56,098 bases of DNA from the IMG/VR virus record IMGVR_UViG_3300048625_000523, positions 1 through 56,098 of that record; one strand, written 5' to 3'. The notes under the pieces were generated by a model. That model did no database searches. It worked only from the letters and a program-made list of their open reading frames with translations, and was not told where the DNA came from. The stretch is from a virus (lineage: Duplodnaviria; Caudoviricetes). The position numbers and the translations under genes are program-made. Within the stretch, counting starts at the first letter, position 1. The number at the start of each line of letters is the position of its first letter. Positions 42,420 through 53,088 of the stretch are shown here, one piece after another.

Positions 42420-44558
42420 ATGTCCTGGACTTCCAGATTTTCTTCTGACGCCGTTTCTTCTGCTTCAAACTCGTTTGCGAGCTATGAGATGTCGGAAAGC
42501 TTTTCGCTTGTGTGGGAGCAACAAGCTGCCGAAGGCACCACCACAATCTCAGACCTCATAGAACTTTACACAGACACGACAAGCTTGTCAGTGACGTTGC
42601 CAGAAGCCAATGCCGCAAGTGTAGGTTCCGGCAGCGTATTCACCAACACAGGTTCCGTTGCAGTGACGTTGCTAGACGCTGCAGCAGGCACAGTGTGTGT
42701 GTTGCAAGCAGGACAAGCGAGAGTTGTGTACATCACGGACAACAGCACAACAGCTGGCGTGTGGTCGAACATTCTACTGGGCACAACCACTTCTGCAGTG
42801 GACGCAGCCAGCATCGCAGGCAAGGGCTTGTATGCAAATGGAGATAGATTGGACGTGTCTTCTCTGGTAGTTGAGACGACAAGCAACAGAACCATTTCAA
42901 ATACAGACAAGGGCAAGGTGCTCACGCTGACGTCAGGCTCTGCGACCTTTACACTGCCTGCGCTCGTCGCGTCTACAACAGAAGGATTTCCTGTTTGCGT
43001 ACACAATGCAGGGCTTGGCACACTGACAATTGCAACGTCTGGAGGGGCTACAATTGACGGTGAGAGCTCTTTGAGCGTAGCTCCGGACGAATCGACTTGG
43101 CTCGTTGCAGGCACTGTAGGATGGTACAAAGTTGGGTATGGTCGCACTGTGGCATTCGCCATCACACAGTTGGTGTTGGATGTTACAGCAGGTGGCACAT
43201 TCACCCTGACTTCTGCACAAGCAGCAAACAAAATGCTGCAATTGACCGGGACTTCAGGATATCCCACTGTGGCAACCACGATCATTGTTCCTGGTACAGC
43301 TAGCATCTATTTTGTACAAGCAGCCTACAATGGCAGTGCCACAACCACAGTCAAGACTGCAGGCGCAGGTTCCACGGTGAATCTGTCTGCGGGTCAGAAG
43401 GCAGTATTGTATTGTGATGGTGTGAATGTCACACTTGGCCAATCCACCACTGTGGGCACTACAATCGGCATTCTGGACGGCACTGTGTCCAATCCGGCGC
43501 TGTATTTCTCTTCGGAAGCAGGCACTGGGGTATACCGAGCAAGCGCAGGAGTGTTGGGGTTGGCGGTGCTTGGGGTTCTTCGGTTTTCGCTGTCAGCAAC
43601 AGGTGCTACTGTGGTAGGCACGCTAACCGTGGATGGGCTTTTGAACGAGAAGCACGGAGCAGACATTGCTTCCGCAAACACCATCAATCTTACAACAGCC
43701 ACAGGCAATTTGGTGGACGTGACAGGCACGACAACAATCACAACCATCACGTTGGTGGAAGGTGCAGAACGCACGGTGCGATTCACAGGTGCTTTGACGC
43801 TGACGAATGGAGCATCATTGGTGTTGCCTGGAGGCATAAACATCAAGACTGTTGCAGGTGATTGTGCAACGTTCAGAGGATATGCAGCAGGAGTTGTGAG
43901 GTGTGTCAACTATTCGCGCATGCCGGCAGCAGCCAATTTGACACTAGAACAAATAACCACGACTGGGTCTGGCAATACCTTTGTAGCAACTCCCACAGTG
44001 CCCTGGACTGCATACACGCCTGGCCAACAGATAATTGTTGAGCTGCATCACGCAGCTGTATACAGCTCAATTGTCACTGTGAATGTCAGTGGGTTGGGGG
44101 CCTTGGAACTCATAGACTACTCTACAGGCGGTAGTTTTGGATGGCAGTTCTTGCCAGCATTCAAACCAATATTGCTGCGCGTAAGTTCGGATGGAGCTAC
44201 TTTCGAGGTTATGCACATCTATCGAGGTGCTCTGACTCTGCAAAGCGTCAGCAGCACAGTCTCTTCATACGACATTGAGAATATTGAACACAGATTCTTT
44301 GTGGTAGAGACCGTTGGCGCTTTTGCAGGAGTTAGGTTGCTGTACAAAGCTGGGCCTGGAGAAGTGTGGTCTGGAGGGCTGACAATTTTTGACAAATACT
44401 TGACCAATTTTGCGAGCGGGTCTGCTATTTTTGTCGTGGGGGTGTATGAGGCTGCAACCAATTTGATAACAGTTGGATATTACACAGTCAATGTGTCCAC
44501 TGGGGCTGCCTCAACCACAACATACACAACCTTCAAAGTATATCCGGTGGCAGGATGA
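42420..44558 (+). CDS. Tail fibre/spike protein
   Basis: Thr/Gly/Ser-rich beta composition. Contains DGTVSNPALYFSSE..TGVYR. Confidence 0.75.
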   Translation: MSWTSRFSSDAVSSASNSFASYEMSESFSLVWEQQAAEGTTTISDLIELYTDTTSLSVTLPEANAASVGSGSVFTNTGSVAVTLLDAAAGTVCVLQAGQARVVYITDNSTTAGVWSNILLGTTTSAVDAASIAGKGLYANGDRLDVSSLVVETTSNRTISNTDKGKVLTLTSGSATFTLPALVASTTEGFPVCVHNAGLGTLTIATSGGATIDGESSLSVAPDESTWLVAGTVGWYKVGYGRTVAFAITQLVLDVTAGGTFTLTSAQAANKMLQLTGTSGYPTVATTIIVPGTASIYFVQAAYNGSATTTVKTAGAGSTVNLSAGQKAVLYCDGVNVTLGQSTTVGTTIGILDGTVSNPALYFSSEAGTGVYRASAGVLGLAVLGVLRFSLSATGATVVGTLTVDGLLNEKHGADIASANTINLTTATGNLVDVTGTTTITTITLVEGAERTVRFTGALTLTNGASLVLPGGINIKTVAGDCATFRGYAAGVVRCVNYSRMPAAANLTLEQITTTGSGNTFVATPTVPWTAYTPGQQIIVELHHAAVYSSIVTVNVSGLGALELIDYSTGGSFGWQFLPAFKPILLRVSSDGATFEVMHIYRGALTLQSVSSTVSSYDIENIEHRFFVVETVGAFAGVRLLYKAGPGEVWSGGLTIFDKYLTNFASGSAIFVVGVYEAATNLITVGYYTVNVSTGAASTTTYTTFKVYPVAG

Positions 44559-44590
44559 TAAAAGCATTTTCGCGGGGAGGAGTATTTGGG

Positions 44591-44842
44591 ATGGAAGATC
44601 GATTTCTGGGTGCAAGCAAGCTTGGACTGTACACAAGCAGCGCAGTCGGATTTTTCGGAGCATTCACGCTCACGCAATGGGCGACGCTTCTTGGAATTTG
44701 TGGTACGATTGTGGGGATCGTGTGCACAATATTTTTGACTGTGGTTCGCAATAGGCGCGAGCGTGAAGAGCATGATGCACGCATGTTGAGTTTTAGGTTG
44801 CACCCGCGCACAGCAGACCGAAGGAAGAAACGCGATGAATGA
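44591..44842 (+). CDS. Holin (putative)
   Basis: 1-2 hydrophobic helices and a highly charged C-terminus. Confidence 0.6.
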   Translation: MEDRFLGASKLGLYTSSAVGFFGAFTLTQWATLLGICGTIVGIVCTIFLTVVRNRREREEHDARMLSFRLHPRTADRRKKRDE

Positions 44843-45143
44843 AGTTTCACACGACTTATTGCGCAGATTGCAAGAGTTGGAGAAGGTGGTTGCTCCGACA
44901 GCGAACTATGTTGCGGACGGTTCTGAGGATGTAATATTCTTCAACACCGGAGGTTCAGCCTTGACATGCAGTTTAAGAGCTCAGCGAGGGTTGAGGACGA
45001 GCGTGGTGAAAGTAGGTGGTGGCAGTGTTGTGGTTTCAGTACAAGGTGGTGGCACTGTCAATGGTGCTGCGAGTAAGACGATATCAACCGATTATGCTCC
45101 GCTGAGGCTAAAGGCTGTTGCGGGCAACATGTTGGAGGTGTGA
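44835..45143 (+). CDS. Hypothetical tail-associated protein
   Basis: Short beta-rich domain resembling the tail fibre modules. Confidence 0.5.
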   Translation: MNEVSHDLLRRLQELEKVVAPTANYVADGSEDVIFFNTGGSALTCSLRAQRGLRTSVVKVGGGSVVVSVQGGGTVNGAASKTISTDYAPLRLKAVAGNMLEV

Positions 45144-45144
45144 G

Positions 45145-45465
45145 ATGGGTACTCCGGTACGAGCAATTAAGACACAAACAGGTTCAGGCACTTCGGGTTG
45201 GGTTCCATTGGATCCAGCACAGACGCCTTTTTGTGTTGGGTTCGGTGCAGTGGTTTCTGGAACCGTTGCATATTCAATCGAACATACTTTCGACAACATT
45301 TTCGACAGCAGTATCACTCCAACAGCATTCACAAATGCTTTGGGCACCGGGTTGTCGACAAATCAGGACGGCAATTACATCGCCCCGGTAGCAGCAGTGC
45401 GCATCAATGTTGCAAGTGGTTCAGGGTCTGTCACACTGACAGTGCTTCAAGGTCGCGGCAACTGA
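45145..45465 (+). CDS. Small beta-sandwich virion protein
   Basis: YSIEHTFD...PVAAVRINV. Confidence 0.6.
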   Translation: MGTPVRAIKTQTGSGTSGWVPLDPAQTPFCVGFGAVVSGTVAYSIEHTFDNIFDSSITPTAFTNALGTGLSTNQDGNYIAPVAAVRINVASGSGSVTLTVLQGRGN

Positions 45466-45475
45466 GGAGAACATC

Positions 45476-46708
45476 ATGGCAGTCTCTAGCAGCAATGTAT
45501 CCTATGTCAATGTCACCAACGCAAATGGAGACATTGAAGCCTCAGTCCAACCCCGCTCCGGCACACTATCTTTCCTTCACTCGCTCGCTGGCCTTACGGG
45601 TGAGCTTGCTTATCCCACAGACGCACCGGGTATCGTGCAGCTTACCGGAACGGCTGGGGCTGAGCGGCTTTATGCTCCCGTGCAAAATGGGCAGACGCTT
45701 ACGTATAACGCGCTGGACGACGATATTCTGGACTTGACGGACTATCCGCTGCTAACTTCGGTATTTATTACTGGCGTAGCAGGCACGGCGCAACTGGCAT
45801 ACACAGATTCCGCACAGGCAGGTACAACGGGGCAGGTTACGTTTTACAACCAAAGCGGCTCTACAGTCACGCTCTTGGCCACCGACCAAGCTTTAAGTCA
45901 GCGTCTGCCGGCCATCACAATTCTGGTTATGGCCCGCACCCCAACAGATACACTGAACACAGGCAGCACCCTTGTGCCTATTGCTTTTCTGCCAATGGGT
46001 GGCGGCGACAAGTTATATCGTGGACAAGACTCTCGCCACATTCTGCCCAAGGTAAATACAAGCAGCATTCTATTTGGCTGTACCGGGGCAACCTATGGGC
46101 GCGGCGGGACTTTGGTAACCGTTACAAGTGCTGCCCACGGCTTGACGAACGCCAAAAACGGCAGCCGCATCTATCTCAACGTCAGCACCGGCGGCATGAG
46201 TTCGGGGTGGAAAACAGGCTTCACTTATATAGATGCAAACAGCTTCACTTGCTATGACACGGTTGCCGGCACTATCTCTGCTGGTTCATTGCTTGCCGCC
46301 AATACAGCACTTACTACGCTGGCGTCTGTGACGGTACCTGCTAACTACATGGGTGTCAACGGGGAGTGTGATTTCTCAGCAACCTTTGGGCTGAAGAGCG
46401 GACTTAGCAGTACAACGTGCAGCATCAACTTTGGTGCGCTCAATGTATGGGTGAATAGCCTGAGTGGTGTCTCAAATCAGCATACGTGCATTGGCAAAGT
46501 GATTAACGAGAACACCACCGCCATTCAGCGTATCAACTGCACACCTTATGGTGGCGGCACCGGTAGTACAGCCGTGGTTCCAGCAAAGGGTTCTGTTGAT
46601 ACCGCTATTGATGTAACGCTTGCAGTGACGGCTCAACTATCAACAGGGGCGGATTGGGTGAGCTTGGAAACGTGGAGCGCAGGCGTAACATATTCTTCGG
46701 GCACGTAA
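45476..46708 (+). CDS. Tail fibre/receptor-binding protein (putative)
   Basis: Thr/Gly/Ser-rich. Contains VTVTSAAHGL. SD GAGGAG. Confidence 0.6.
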   Translation: MAVSSSNVSYVNVTNANGDIEASVQPRSGTLSFLHSLAGLTGELAYPTDAPGIVQLTGTAGAERLYAPVQNGQTLTYNALDDDILDLTDYPLLTSVFITGVAGTAQLAYTDSAQAGTTGQVTFYNQSGSTVTLLATDQALSQRLPAITILVMARTPTDTLNTGSTLVPIAFLPMGGGDKLYRGQDSRHILPKVNTSSILFGCTGATYGRGGTLVTVTSAAHGLTNAKNGSRIYLNVSTGGMSSGWKTGFTYIDANSFTCYDTVAGTISAGSLLAANTALTTLASVTVPANYMGVNGECDFSATFGLKSGLSSTTCSINFGALNVWVNSLSGVSNQHTCIGKVINENTTAIQRINCTPYGGGTGSTAVVPAKGSVDTAIDVTLAVTAQLSTGADWVSLETWSAGVTYSSGT

Positions 46709-46711
46709 GCT

Positions 46712-47989
46712 ATGAACATCATCTGGTCAGCGGATCGTGTTATTCGTGGGATCGACGTAACCAATGATTTCACAGTAAGCACGACGTATAACTATACCCA
46801 GCATGGCGGTACAACTGGCCCTGTTACGGACAAGGACGTATCCGCCACACAAGCAACGGGCACCACTACAGATATCGGTTTCTCGGTATCCGTAACAAAT
46901 CCGCTTGGCACGGGCTACAGCATCACGAACAACTCGCCAGCTGTTGCAAGTCTAAGTGGAACAACATTTACGCCTCTGGCAAATGGCACTGTGAATTACA
47001 CGGTAACAGTTCCGGGAAATGGCACAAGGGCTTACAGCGGAACAAGTGCTTTGGGCGGCTCGCCCATGACAACCTACGAAGTGAGTGGCTACACAAGCGG
47101 CTCGCTGGCAAGGCATGTCAAAGATGCAATTGTCGCTAGGCTGGCGACTACATTGCCCAGTATTACAAGCCGCACACCTTGGCTCCGTTATAGCGGCGGG
47201 ACGGAATACATTGATAGCGTAGCTTCCCCAAGCAACACGAAGAATGCTTCTTGCTGGGCGAGTAACTGGGATTTCTCCGGGATTTCCTACAATCGCCATG
47301 TGCTGAGCGGTGGAGTGCAGCAAGAACGCTGGACGCTTCCGGTAACGCTGATCCACACAGGCAGCGATACGACTACACGCTTCGGCTTGGTGGCGAATCA
47401 CACGCCGATCTTGCCGGGGTACAAAGTCAATTGGATGAAGCAAGACGGCAGCTTTGTGCAAGGCACTGTGCAGAGCGTGGTCAATATTGGTGGCGACCTT
47501 GATCTGGTCTATTTCACATCGAACATTGTCGGGCCTCTCCCACTGAAAACACTGGGCTCAGGCTGGGAAGCCAAGCTTCCTTGTGCCGGTGGCGGATTGA
47601 GCAATGCAGGCGGCAATGCGAATTCGACTTGCCTCTTTGTCGGTGGACTGATGTGGGACAACTCAGGCTATTCTCATGTGCGCGTAGGCAAGCTTGGAGG
47701 GCTGAACTCTTCCGGCGCGGGGATGAACACAACCTTCAATGCTGTGAATGATCCCTATCTTTACACGCTCTTTGGCAGTTATTCGTGGCCTATCTGGATT
47801 GGCGATAGTAGCGGGCCGGGGGTTCTGCCGATCAATGGTGTGCCCACACTGATAACTACGCAACACACTATAGGGGGTGGCCCCAGCATTCCTTACTACC
47901 GCACAGCCATTGACGCTGCCATGACAACACTGGCGGGCGCGAGCACAACCTTTTCAACGGTGGATCTGAGCGGATTCACGACTTTCTGA
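46712..47989 (+). CDS. Ig-like domain plus trypsin-like serine protease domain protein
   Basis: Ig-like NNSPAVASLSG..TPLANGTV. Candidate triad LVANH, GDLDLV, GDSSGP. Confidence 0.55.
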   Translation: MNIIWSADRVIRGIDVTNDFTVSTTYNYTQHGGTTGPVTDKDVSATQATGTTTDIGFSVSVTNPLGTGYSITNNSPAVASLSGTTFTPLANGTVNYTVTVPGNGTRAYSGTSALGGSPMTTYEVSGYTSGSLARHVKDAIVARLATTLPSITSRTPWLRYSGGTEYIDSVASPSNTKNASCWASNWDFSGISYNRHVLSGGVQQERWTLPVTLIHTGSDTTTRFGLVANHTPILPGYKVNWMKQDGSFVQGTVQSVVNIGGDLDLVYFTSNIVGPLPLKTLGSGWEAKLPCAGGGLSNAGGNANSTCLFVGGLMWDNSGYSHVRVGKLGGLNSSGAGMNTTFNAVNDPYLYTLFGSYSWPIWIGDSSGPGVLPINGVPTLITTQHTIGGGPSIPYYRTAIDAAMTTLAGASTTFSTVDLSGFTTF

Positions 47990-47996
47990 GGATGAC

Positions 47997-48359
47997 ATGG
48001 CGATGGATCAAGTTCAAACGACATCACTACCAACTGTTGGTGAAATTTCTGCCGCAACAGATCTTGCTTCCGTTCAAAAGCTTTTGGTTCGTGTTGAAAC
48101 ATTCAAGGCACAGCAATCGGCGCTTGAAGCAGAACATATGGGTAAGGCGGCAGAGAGCACAAATCATCTTGCGCAGACAGAATCCAAGAATTGGGATCGC
48201 AATTCGATGTGCACCCTGCTTGCGGCCTGCATCGCTGCACGCAAGCAGAACATGACGACCGTGACAAAAGAGCCAACTTTGAACGACGTGATTGACGATT
48301 CGCTTTACATGCTAGACAGAGCATTGGCGGGGATTGATTCACGGATGTCGAAGCGATGA
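47997..48359 (+). CDS. Hypothetical protein
   Basis: Co-oriented, helical composition. Confidence 0.55.
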   Translation: MAMDQVQTTSLPTVGEISAATDLASVQKLLVRVETFKAQQSALEAEHMGKAAESTNHLAQTESKNWDRNSMCTLLAACIAARKQNMTTVTKEPTLNDVIDDSLYMLDRALAGIDSRMSKR

Positions 48360-48613
48360 TAGTAGGATTCTCCACCGCTCTCATGGTTGCAGAAGCCGGA
48401 GAAGAGGCCTACTTCGAGGATTTCGTGCTGACTGAAAAAGGCATTTTCAAGAACGGCGAAAAGCTGGACTCGATCAGCTGGGATTTGATCGGCGCACCGT
48501 GGGATGTGGAAGATTTTGAGGCGGTTCGGCTGCATCAATTGATGCGTGGCCGAAAGCGAGACCTTGCAAGAGCTGCAAAGGTTGTAAAGTTCATCAACTT
48601 CATAGGGCGATAA
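48356..48613 (+). CDS. Hypothetical protein
   Basis: ATGA overlap. Confidence 0.5.
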   Translation: MIVGFSTALMVAEAGEEAYFEDFVLTEKGIFKNGEKLDSISWDLIGAPWDVEDFEAVRLHQLMRGRKRDLARAAKVVKFINFIGR

Positions 48614-48614
48614 C

Positions 48615-49028
48615 ATGTCCAGCAGAGATTTGAATGCTTTGAATGCAGACACCAAGCGGCTTGCTGAAGCTTTCACAGCTTCTTGTCGCAAAGCAGGTAT
48701 CGACGTGCTCATCTACAACACTCTGCGCACAACAGAAGAGCAGGATATCTTGTACGCACAAGGTCGCACACAACCAGGCAACATTGTGACCAATGCGCGG
48801 GGTGGAGATAGTTGGCACAACTACGGAGCAGCATTTGACTTCGTGCCGATGCTTGTCGGAAAGCCTCAATGGAAGAATGATTCACTTTACACGAAGTGTG
48901 GAATCATCGCCGAGAGCGTCGGGCTGGAGTGGGGTGGACGCTGGCGCGGAAAGTTGCACGACAAACCGCATTGTCAATTCCGCAATGGCAAGTCTCTCGA
49001 AGATATGAAGAAAGGCGCTGGTAAGTAG
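48615..49028 (+). CDS. Endolysin, M15 family L-Ala-D-Glu peptidase
   Basis: RT.EEQ..LYAQGRT, SWHNYGAAFD, EWGGRW, DKPHCQ. Confidence 0.92.
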   Translation: MSSRDLNALNADTKRLAEAFTASCRKAGIDVLIYNTLRTTEEQDILYAQGRTQPGNIVTNARGGDSWHNYGAAFDFVPMLVGKPQWKNDSLYTKCGIIAESVGLEWGGRWRGKLHDKPHCQFRNGKSLEDMKKGAGK

Positions 49029-49029
49029 C

Positions 49030-50544
49030 ATGCCCACACCCCCCGCGATACCACTCAATTTGAAGCCCGGTGTGCAGCGAGACGGCACGGAACTGGATTG
49101 CGACGCGTACACAGCGGCCCAGTGGGTTCGCTTTATCCGTGGAGGCAGGCCTCGCAAGATTGGCGGTTGGCGAATAATCACAGGCGATCTTCAAGGCCCA
49201 AGTTCTAGTTGTCAATTGTGGTCTCAAGGCGTGTTGAACAGCTTTACCTCATTCCACCCAGCAGGGGTAGAATCTTTGTTGCTCACCAAGGACGGAGTGG
49301 GTAACGACATTATCGACAGAACCCCCAGTGGCTTTACAGCTTCCGACGACATCTGCTGGAGCTCCGACATTATGTATGATGCAGCCGCAGGCTCCGAAGC
49401 AGCGCTGATAATCGCCACCCCAACGACTTCTCTCTCCACAATTGAAAGCGAAGACGAAACCCCTATCTACTACGGTTCCGCAGTAGGTACAGACCAATTT
49501 CAAGCAATTTCTGGGATCACAACTTCGGGCTTTGTGTTGGCAGTACACCCATTCTTGTTTGTGGGGGGCTCCAATGGACTCTTACAATGGAGCAATGAAA
49601 ACGAGCCTCGCAATTTTACAAGTGGTGACGCTTCGTTGGGGGGTGTTCGTATCGCAGCCAATAAGCTTGTGGCAGGCATCCGCACATTGTCTTCCAATGG
49701 GCCGGGAGCATTGATCTGGGCTCTGGATGCTTTGGTGCAAGTAAGCTACGTCGGTGGTGCTGCAATTTTCAGAGCAACCACAATTTCTACATCTACAAAC
49801 ATTTTGTCGTCTCGCAGTGTTGTGGAAATGGACAATGTGTACTATTGGGCTGGGGTGGACAAGTTCTGGGTGAGTGATGGCACTTCAGCAAAAGAGCTGC
49901 CCAACACCCAAAATTTGAATTGGTTCTTCGACAATTTGGATTTTACACAACGACAAAAAGTTTGGGCGACCAAGGTTCCTCGTTGGGGTGAAATTTGGTG
50001 GCACTTTCCTTCCGTTGATGGCACAGGGGAGTGTGACAAGTGTGTCATCTACAACACCCGACTCAATGTCTGGTACGACTCCGAAAGCAGCCGTGCAGCA
50101 GGCACCCCTGCGCGATTGGTGAACTACCCATTGTGGACAGCTTCCGAAGCTGTGGACGACTCATATGCTTTGTATGCGCATGAATCACAATGGGATGCGG
50201 TGGAGCGCAACGGTGTCGTCAGTGCGATCACAGCTACAGCAACAACTTCAGACATTGCAGCTCTGGGTTCAACCAGTCGAGATTCCACGCGGCTGAATCG
50301 CATAGAGCCAGACTATATTGGAGCAGGTACTTTGCGAATAGAGGTTGTGGGTCGGAAATACCCTCAAAGCACCACAACAGTATTGGCTGCCAAAGACACC
50401 ACAATAGACACAGAAGTGGTTGATGTGCGCACACAAGCGAGGCATTTACAACTGAAGCTCACCAGTGCAGAACAAGGTTCTTGGTTTGAACTGGGTAAAT
50501 TCAATCTTTATGAGGAGCCCGGCGACGTACGCCCGGCTGGCTAA
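49030..50544 (+). CDS. Tail tube/nozzle (DNA stabilisation) protein
   Basis: PGVQRDGT, WVRF..GRPRKIGG, WGEIWWHFP. Precedes the ejection proteins. Confidence 0.7.
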   Translation: MPTPPAIPLNLKPGVQRDGTELDCDAYTAAQWVRFIRGGRPRKIGGWRIITGDLQGPSSSCQLWSQGVLNSFTSFHPAGVESLLLTKDGVGNDIIDRTPSGFTASDDICWSSDIMYDAAAGSEAALIIATPTTSLSTIESEDETPIYYGSAVGTDQFQAISGITTSGFVLAVHPFLFVGGSNGLLQWSNENEPRNFTSGDASLGGVRIAANKLVAGIRTLSSNGPGALIWALDALVQVSYVGGAAIFRATTISTSTNILSSRSVVEMDNVYYWAGVDKFWVSDGTSAKELPNTQNLNWFFDNLDFTQRQKVWATKVPRWGEIWWHFPSVDGTGECDKCVIYNTRLNVWYDSESSRAAGTPARLVNYPLWTASEAVDDSYALYAHESQWDAVERNGVVSAITATATTSDIAALGSTSRDSTRLNRIEPDYIGAGTLRIEVVGRKYPQSTTTVLAAKDTTIDTEVVDVRTQARHLQLKLTSAEQGSWFELGKFNLYEEPGDVRPAG

Positions 50545-50546
50545 AT

Positions 50547-53087
50547 ATGAAATACACAGACTTGCACAGAATCGGAGCACACAATTCGGGTGGAGAAGAT
50601 ACCGAACTGGCCTGGCTCACCCCACAAGACAGAGCTTTGTTGCATGCGCTGGGGGGTTCTGGTAGCGTGGATCCAGACACTGGGCTGCAGCACTTCAACA
50701 CGGATGACAACACAGGAGATGCGCCATCAGGCCCCAGTGAAGGTGGGTGGTCAGACACTGATTTCGAAGACCAATCACACATGAACGACTACAGCACAGG
50801 TCGTAATGCTGAGCGGTCGGACAATGACCCATTCGGCAGTACTCTTGACTGGGGTAAGAATGATTACCAAGGTGTTGTACAAGACGGTCGCGGCAATGCT
50901 GTGTTGGACAGCTTCGGGAACCCTGTTGGGTATGGTGGGTACTATTCTGGTTCCGACGCGTACGGGAATAATGGCAGGGGTTACGACGCGCTGGCACAGG
51001 GCAATATGTGGAGCACAACCAACAACGGTTGGATGTCCAGAGACGAAGTAAATCAGGCAATCTTCAATGACATTAATGCAGCACTTGGTACCAACTACAA
51101 CATCAACACACACTTTTTGAACAATGATTTCACAGTCTCTGCGTTCAACCCACACGGAGTTGCCAACACAACGTTCGATGAAAATGATGCAGCCACTACA
51201 GGCGGAGTTGCCAACAATGTGGGTCGTACGGATGCACTGGGCAATACGGTTTCTCGCGGCGACATGCCAGGCATTCTTTCGCAAGATATTGCGCAGTGGC
51301 AAAATGACAACCCAGGTACGAACGCATTAATGATGTTGGGGTTGTTCGCAGCTGACCCGCTTGCGGCACTGGCGTATTCTACAGCATCCAATTTGAACTC
51401 TGGGAATGTTGTGGGGGCTTTGTCTTCAGCTGCAGGTGCAGGATTCGGCACGCCTGCAGGGGCTGTGGTGGGGGCTCTCGGCAATTTAGCAAGTGGTCGC
51501 GAACAATCAGCTGCCAACAGTGTCATAAATGGCACACTCAACAGCACAGGCAATGGGTTGGGGTCTTGGATGGCTGGACAGTTGGATGCAACACCTTTCG
51601 AACAGGCTACAGCCAGCATGTTTGGCAGTGGGTTGCAAGGTGGGCTTGTGAACTCTGCGACAGGGGTTGCAGGCTTGAGCAATACAGGCTCCACAGCGCT
51701 GTCTGGCGGAAACAGTTTCTACGTGTCTGGGGATGGTGAAACACCTTCTACCCACAACACTACGCCTGCAGAAACAACGGTCGCTGAAGCAATTTTGAAC
51801 CCCCAAACCCTTGCGGTTTCAACACCAAACCCATATAATGGAGGTTGGAACCCTCGTGAACCGCGCACATTTACCGGTGTTGCCGACGCAGCACATTACG
51901 GTGAGCGTAGAGGCGGGCAGTCAATGTATAGTTCGATCAATCCGGTGCGCAAGGCACAAGGTGGTCGAGTTGATTACCCGGAGCAAAATATGCACAACCC
52001 CTTGGAACGAATCCGCCAAATCGGTGCAGCACAATCCGTAGATGGTCAAGACACGGAACTCGCACACATCAACCCTGAAGAAGCTGCACTGCTGGAATAT
52101 CTCGGCGGCAGTGGGCGCATGGATCCGATTACTGGGTTGCGACACTTTGATGATGGTTTCGGGATAGATGACACCACAGCAAACATTCAAGCCCTGTTGT
52201 CAGGATCTACCCCGACACCTACAAACCCCAGCTTCGTATTTGACATGCCGACTGACTATGTCAATAATGAATCTGACGACGCACAACAATTTACTTCGAT
52301 GTTGCCGCAATCAGTGGCAGCCACGAATCGATTCTTACAAAACCCCGGCGAGTGGAATCGTACACATGATGGCGACATGGGTGGTCTGGACTATATCAAT
52401 GCTCGTGAGATGGTTCGAGACATGGAGCGTCAAAATGCCCCTGCAGAAAGTTCCAAGTCTGCTTGGGACTATGTGACGGATGCTGCAGGCGGAGTGGGGG
52501 CCGGGTTGGCCAAGGCGCTTGGCAGCGCAGCGGCTGGGGTGGTTGCCAACCCTGTCGGCCTGTTGGCTGCCTACGGTCAATACAAGGCAAGCAAGGGTGC
52601 TCAGCGCGAAGCTCGAGACGCTCGCGACTTTGCAAGACAACAAGCAGACCCGAACTACCAAAAATCTCTTTTGCGACAAGATCCTCTGTATCGCAACTTT
52701 ACAATCAATCGAACACCTCGCACGCAAAGCAATACTATCGATCCTCGCACCTATGGTGAGCGTGGCGGGCAACAACAATTCAATTCTGTTAATCCGACAG
52801 TAACACGAACTCCGGTCGCATTGGCGGGCGGGGGCTCTCCGTTGCAACGCATGGTGCAAGGCCCTGGCGGTGGGCAAGACGACTTGGTGCCTGCGCAACT
52901 CAGCCCCAATGAATATGTGATGGACTCAGATGTTGTAGCAGCCCTGGGCGACGGCAACCCAGAAGAAGGAGCTCGCAGGTTGGACAAAATGCGTGAGAAT
53001 GTGCGCAAACATAAGCGCGGTACTTCTGCAAAGAAGATCCCGCCAAAGGCTCTTCCCCCTGAACAATATTTGAAGAGAGGTAAGTAA
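50547..53087 (+). CDS. Internal virion protein with a duplicated module
   Basis: Two DTELA...LGGSG..DP.TGL.HF domains. C-terminal GPGGGQDDLVPAQLSPNEYV. Confidence 0.7.
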   Translation: MKYTDLHRIGAHNSGGEDTELAWLTPQDRALLHALGGSGSVDPDTGLQHFNTDDNTGDAPSGPSEGGWSDTDFEDQSHMNDYSTGRNAERSDNDPFGSTLDWGKNDYQGVVQDGRGNAVLDSFGNPVGYGGYYSGSDAYGNNGRGYDALAQGNMWSTTNNGWMSRDEVNQAIFNDINAALGTNYNINTHFLNNDFTVSAFNPHGVANTTFDENDAATTGGVANNVGRTDALGNTVSRGDMPGILSQDIAQWQNDNPGTNALMMLGLFAADPLAALAYSTASNLNSGNVVGALSSAAGAGFGTPAGAVVGALGNLASGREQSAANSVINGTLNSTGNGLGSWMAGQLDATPFEQATASMFGSGLQGGLVNSATGVAGLSNTGSTALSGGNSFYVSGDGETPSTHNTTPAETTVAEAILNPQTLAVSTPNPYNGGWNPREPRTFTGVADAAHYGERRGGQSMYSSINPVRKAQGGRVDYPEQNMHNPLERIRQIGAAQSVDGQDTELAHINPEEAALLEYLGGSGRMDPITGLRHFDDGFGIDDTTANIQALLSGSTPTPTNPSFVFDMPTDYVNNESDDAQQFTSMLPQSVAATNRFLQNPGEWNRTHDGDMGGLDYINAREMVRDMERQNAPAESSKSAWDYVTDAAGGVGAGLAKALGSAAAGVVANPVGLLAAYGQYKASKGAQREARDARDFARQQADPNYQKSLLRQDPLYRNFTINRTPRTQSNTIDPRTYGERGGQQQFNSVNPTVTRTPVALAGGGSPLQRMVQGPGGGQDDLVPAQLSPNEYVMDSDVVAALGDGNPEEGARRLDKMRENVRKHKRGTSAKKIPPKALPPEQYLKRGK

Positions 53088-53088
53088 G

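Noticed and set aside
42420-47989. Diversity-generating retroelement acting on the tail fibres
   Set aside because: No reverse transcriptase and no template/variable repeat pair seen.
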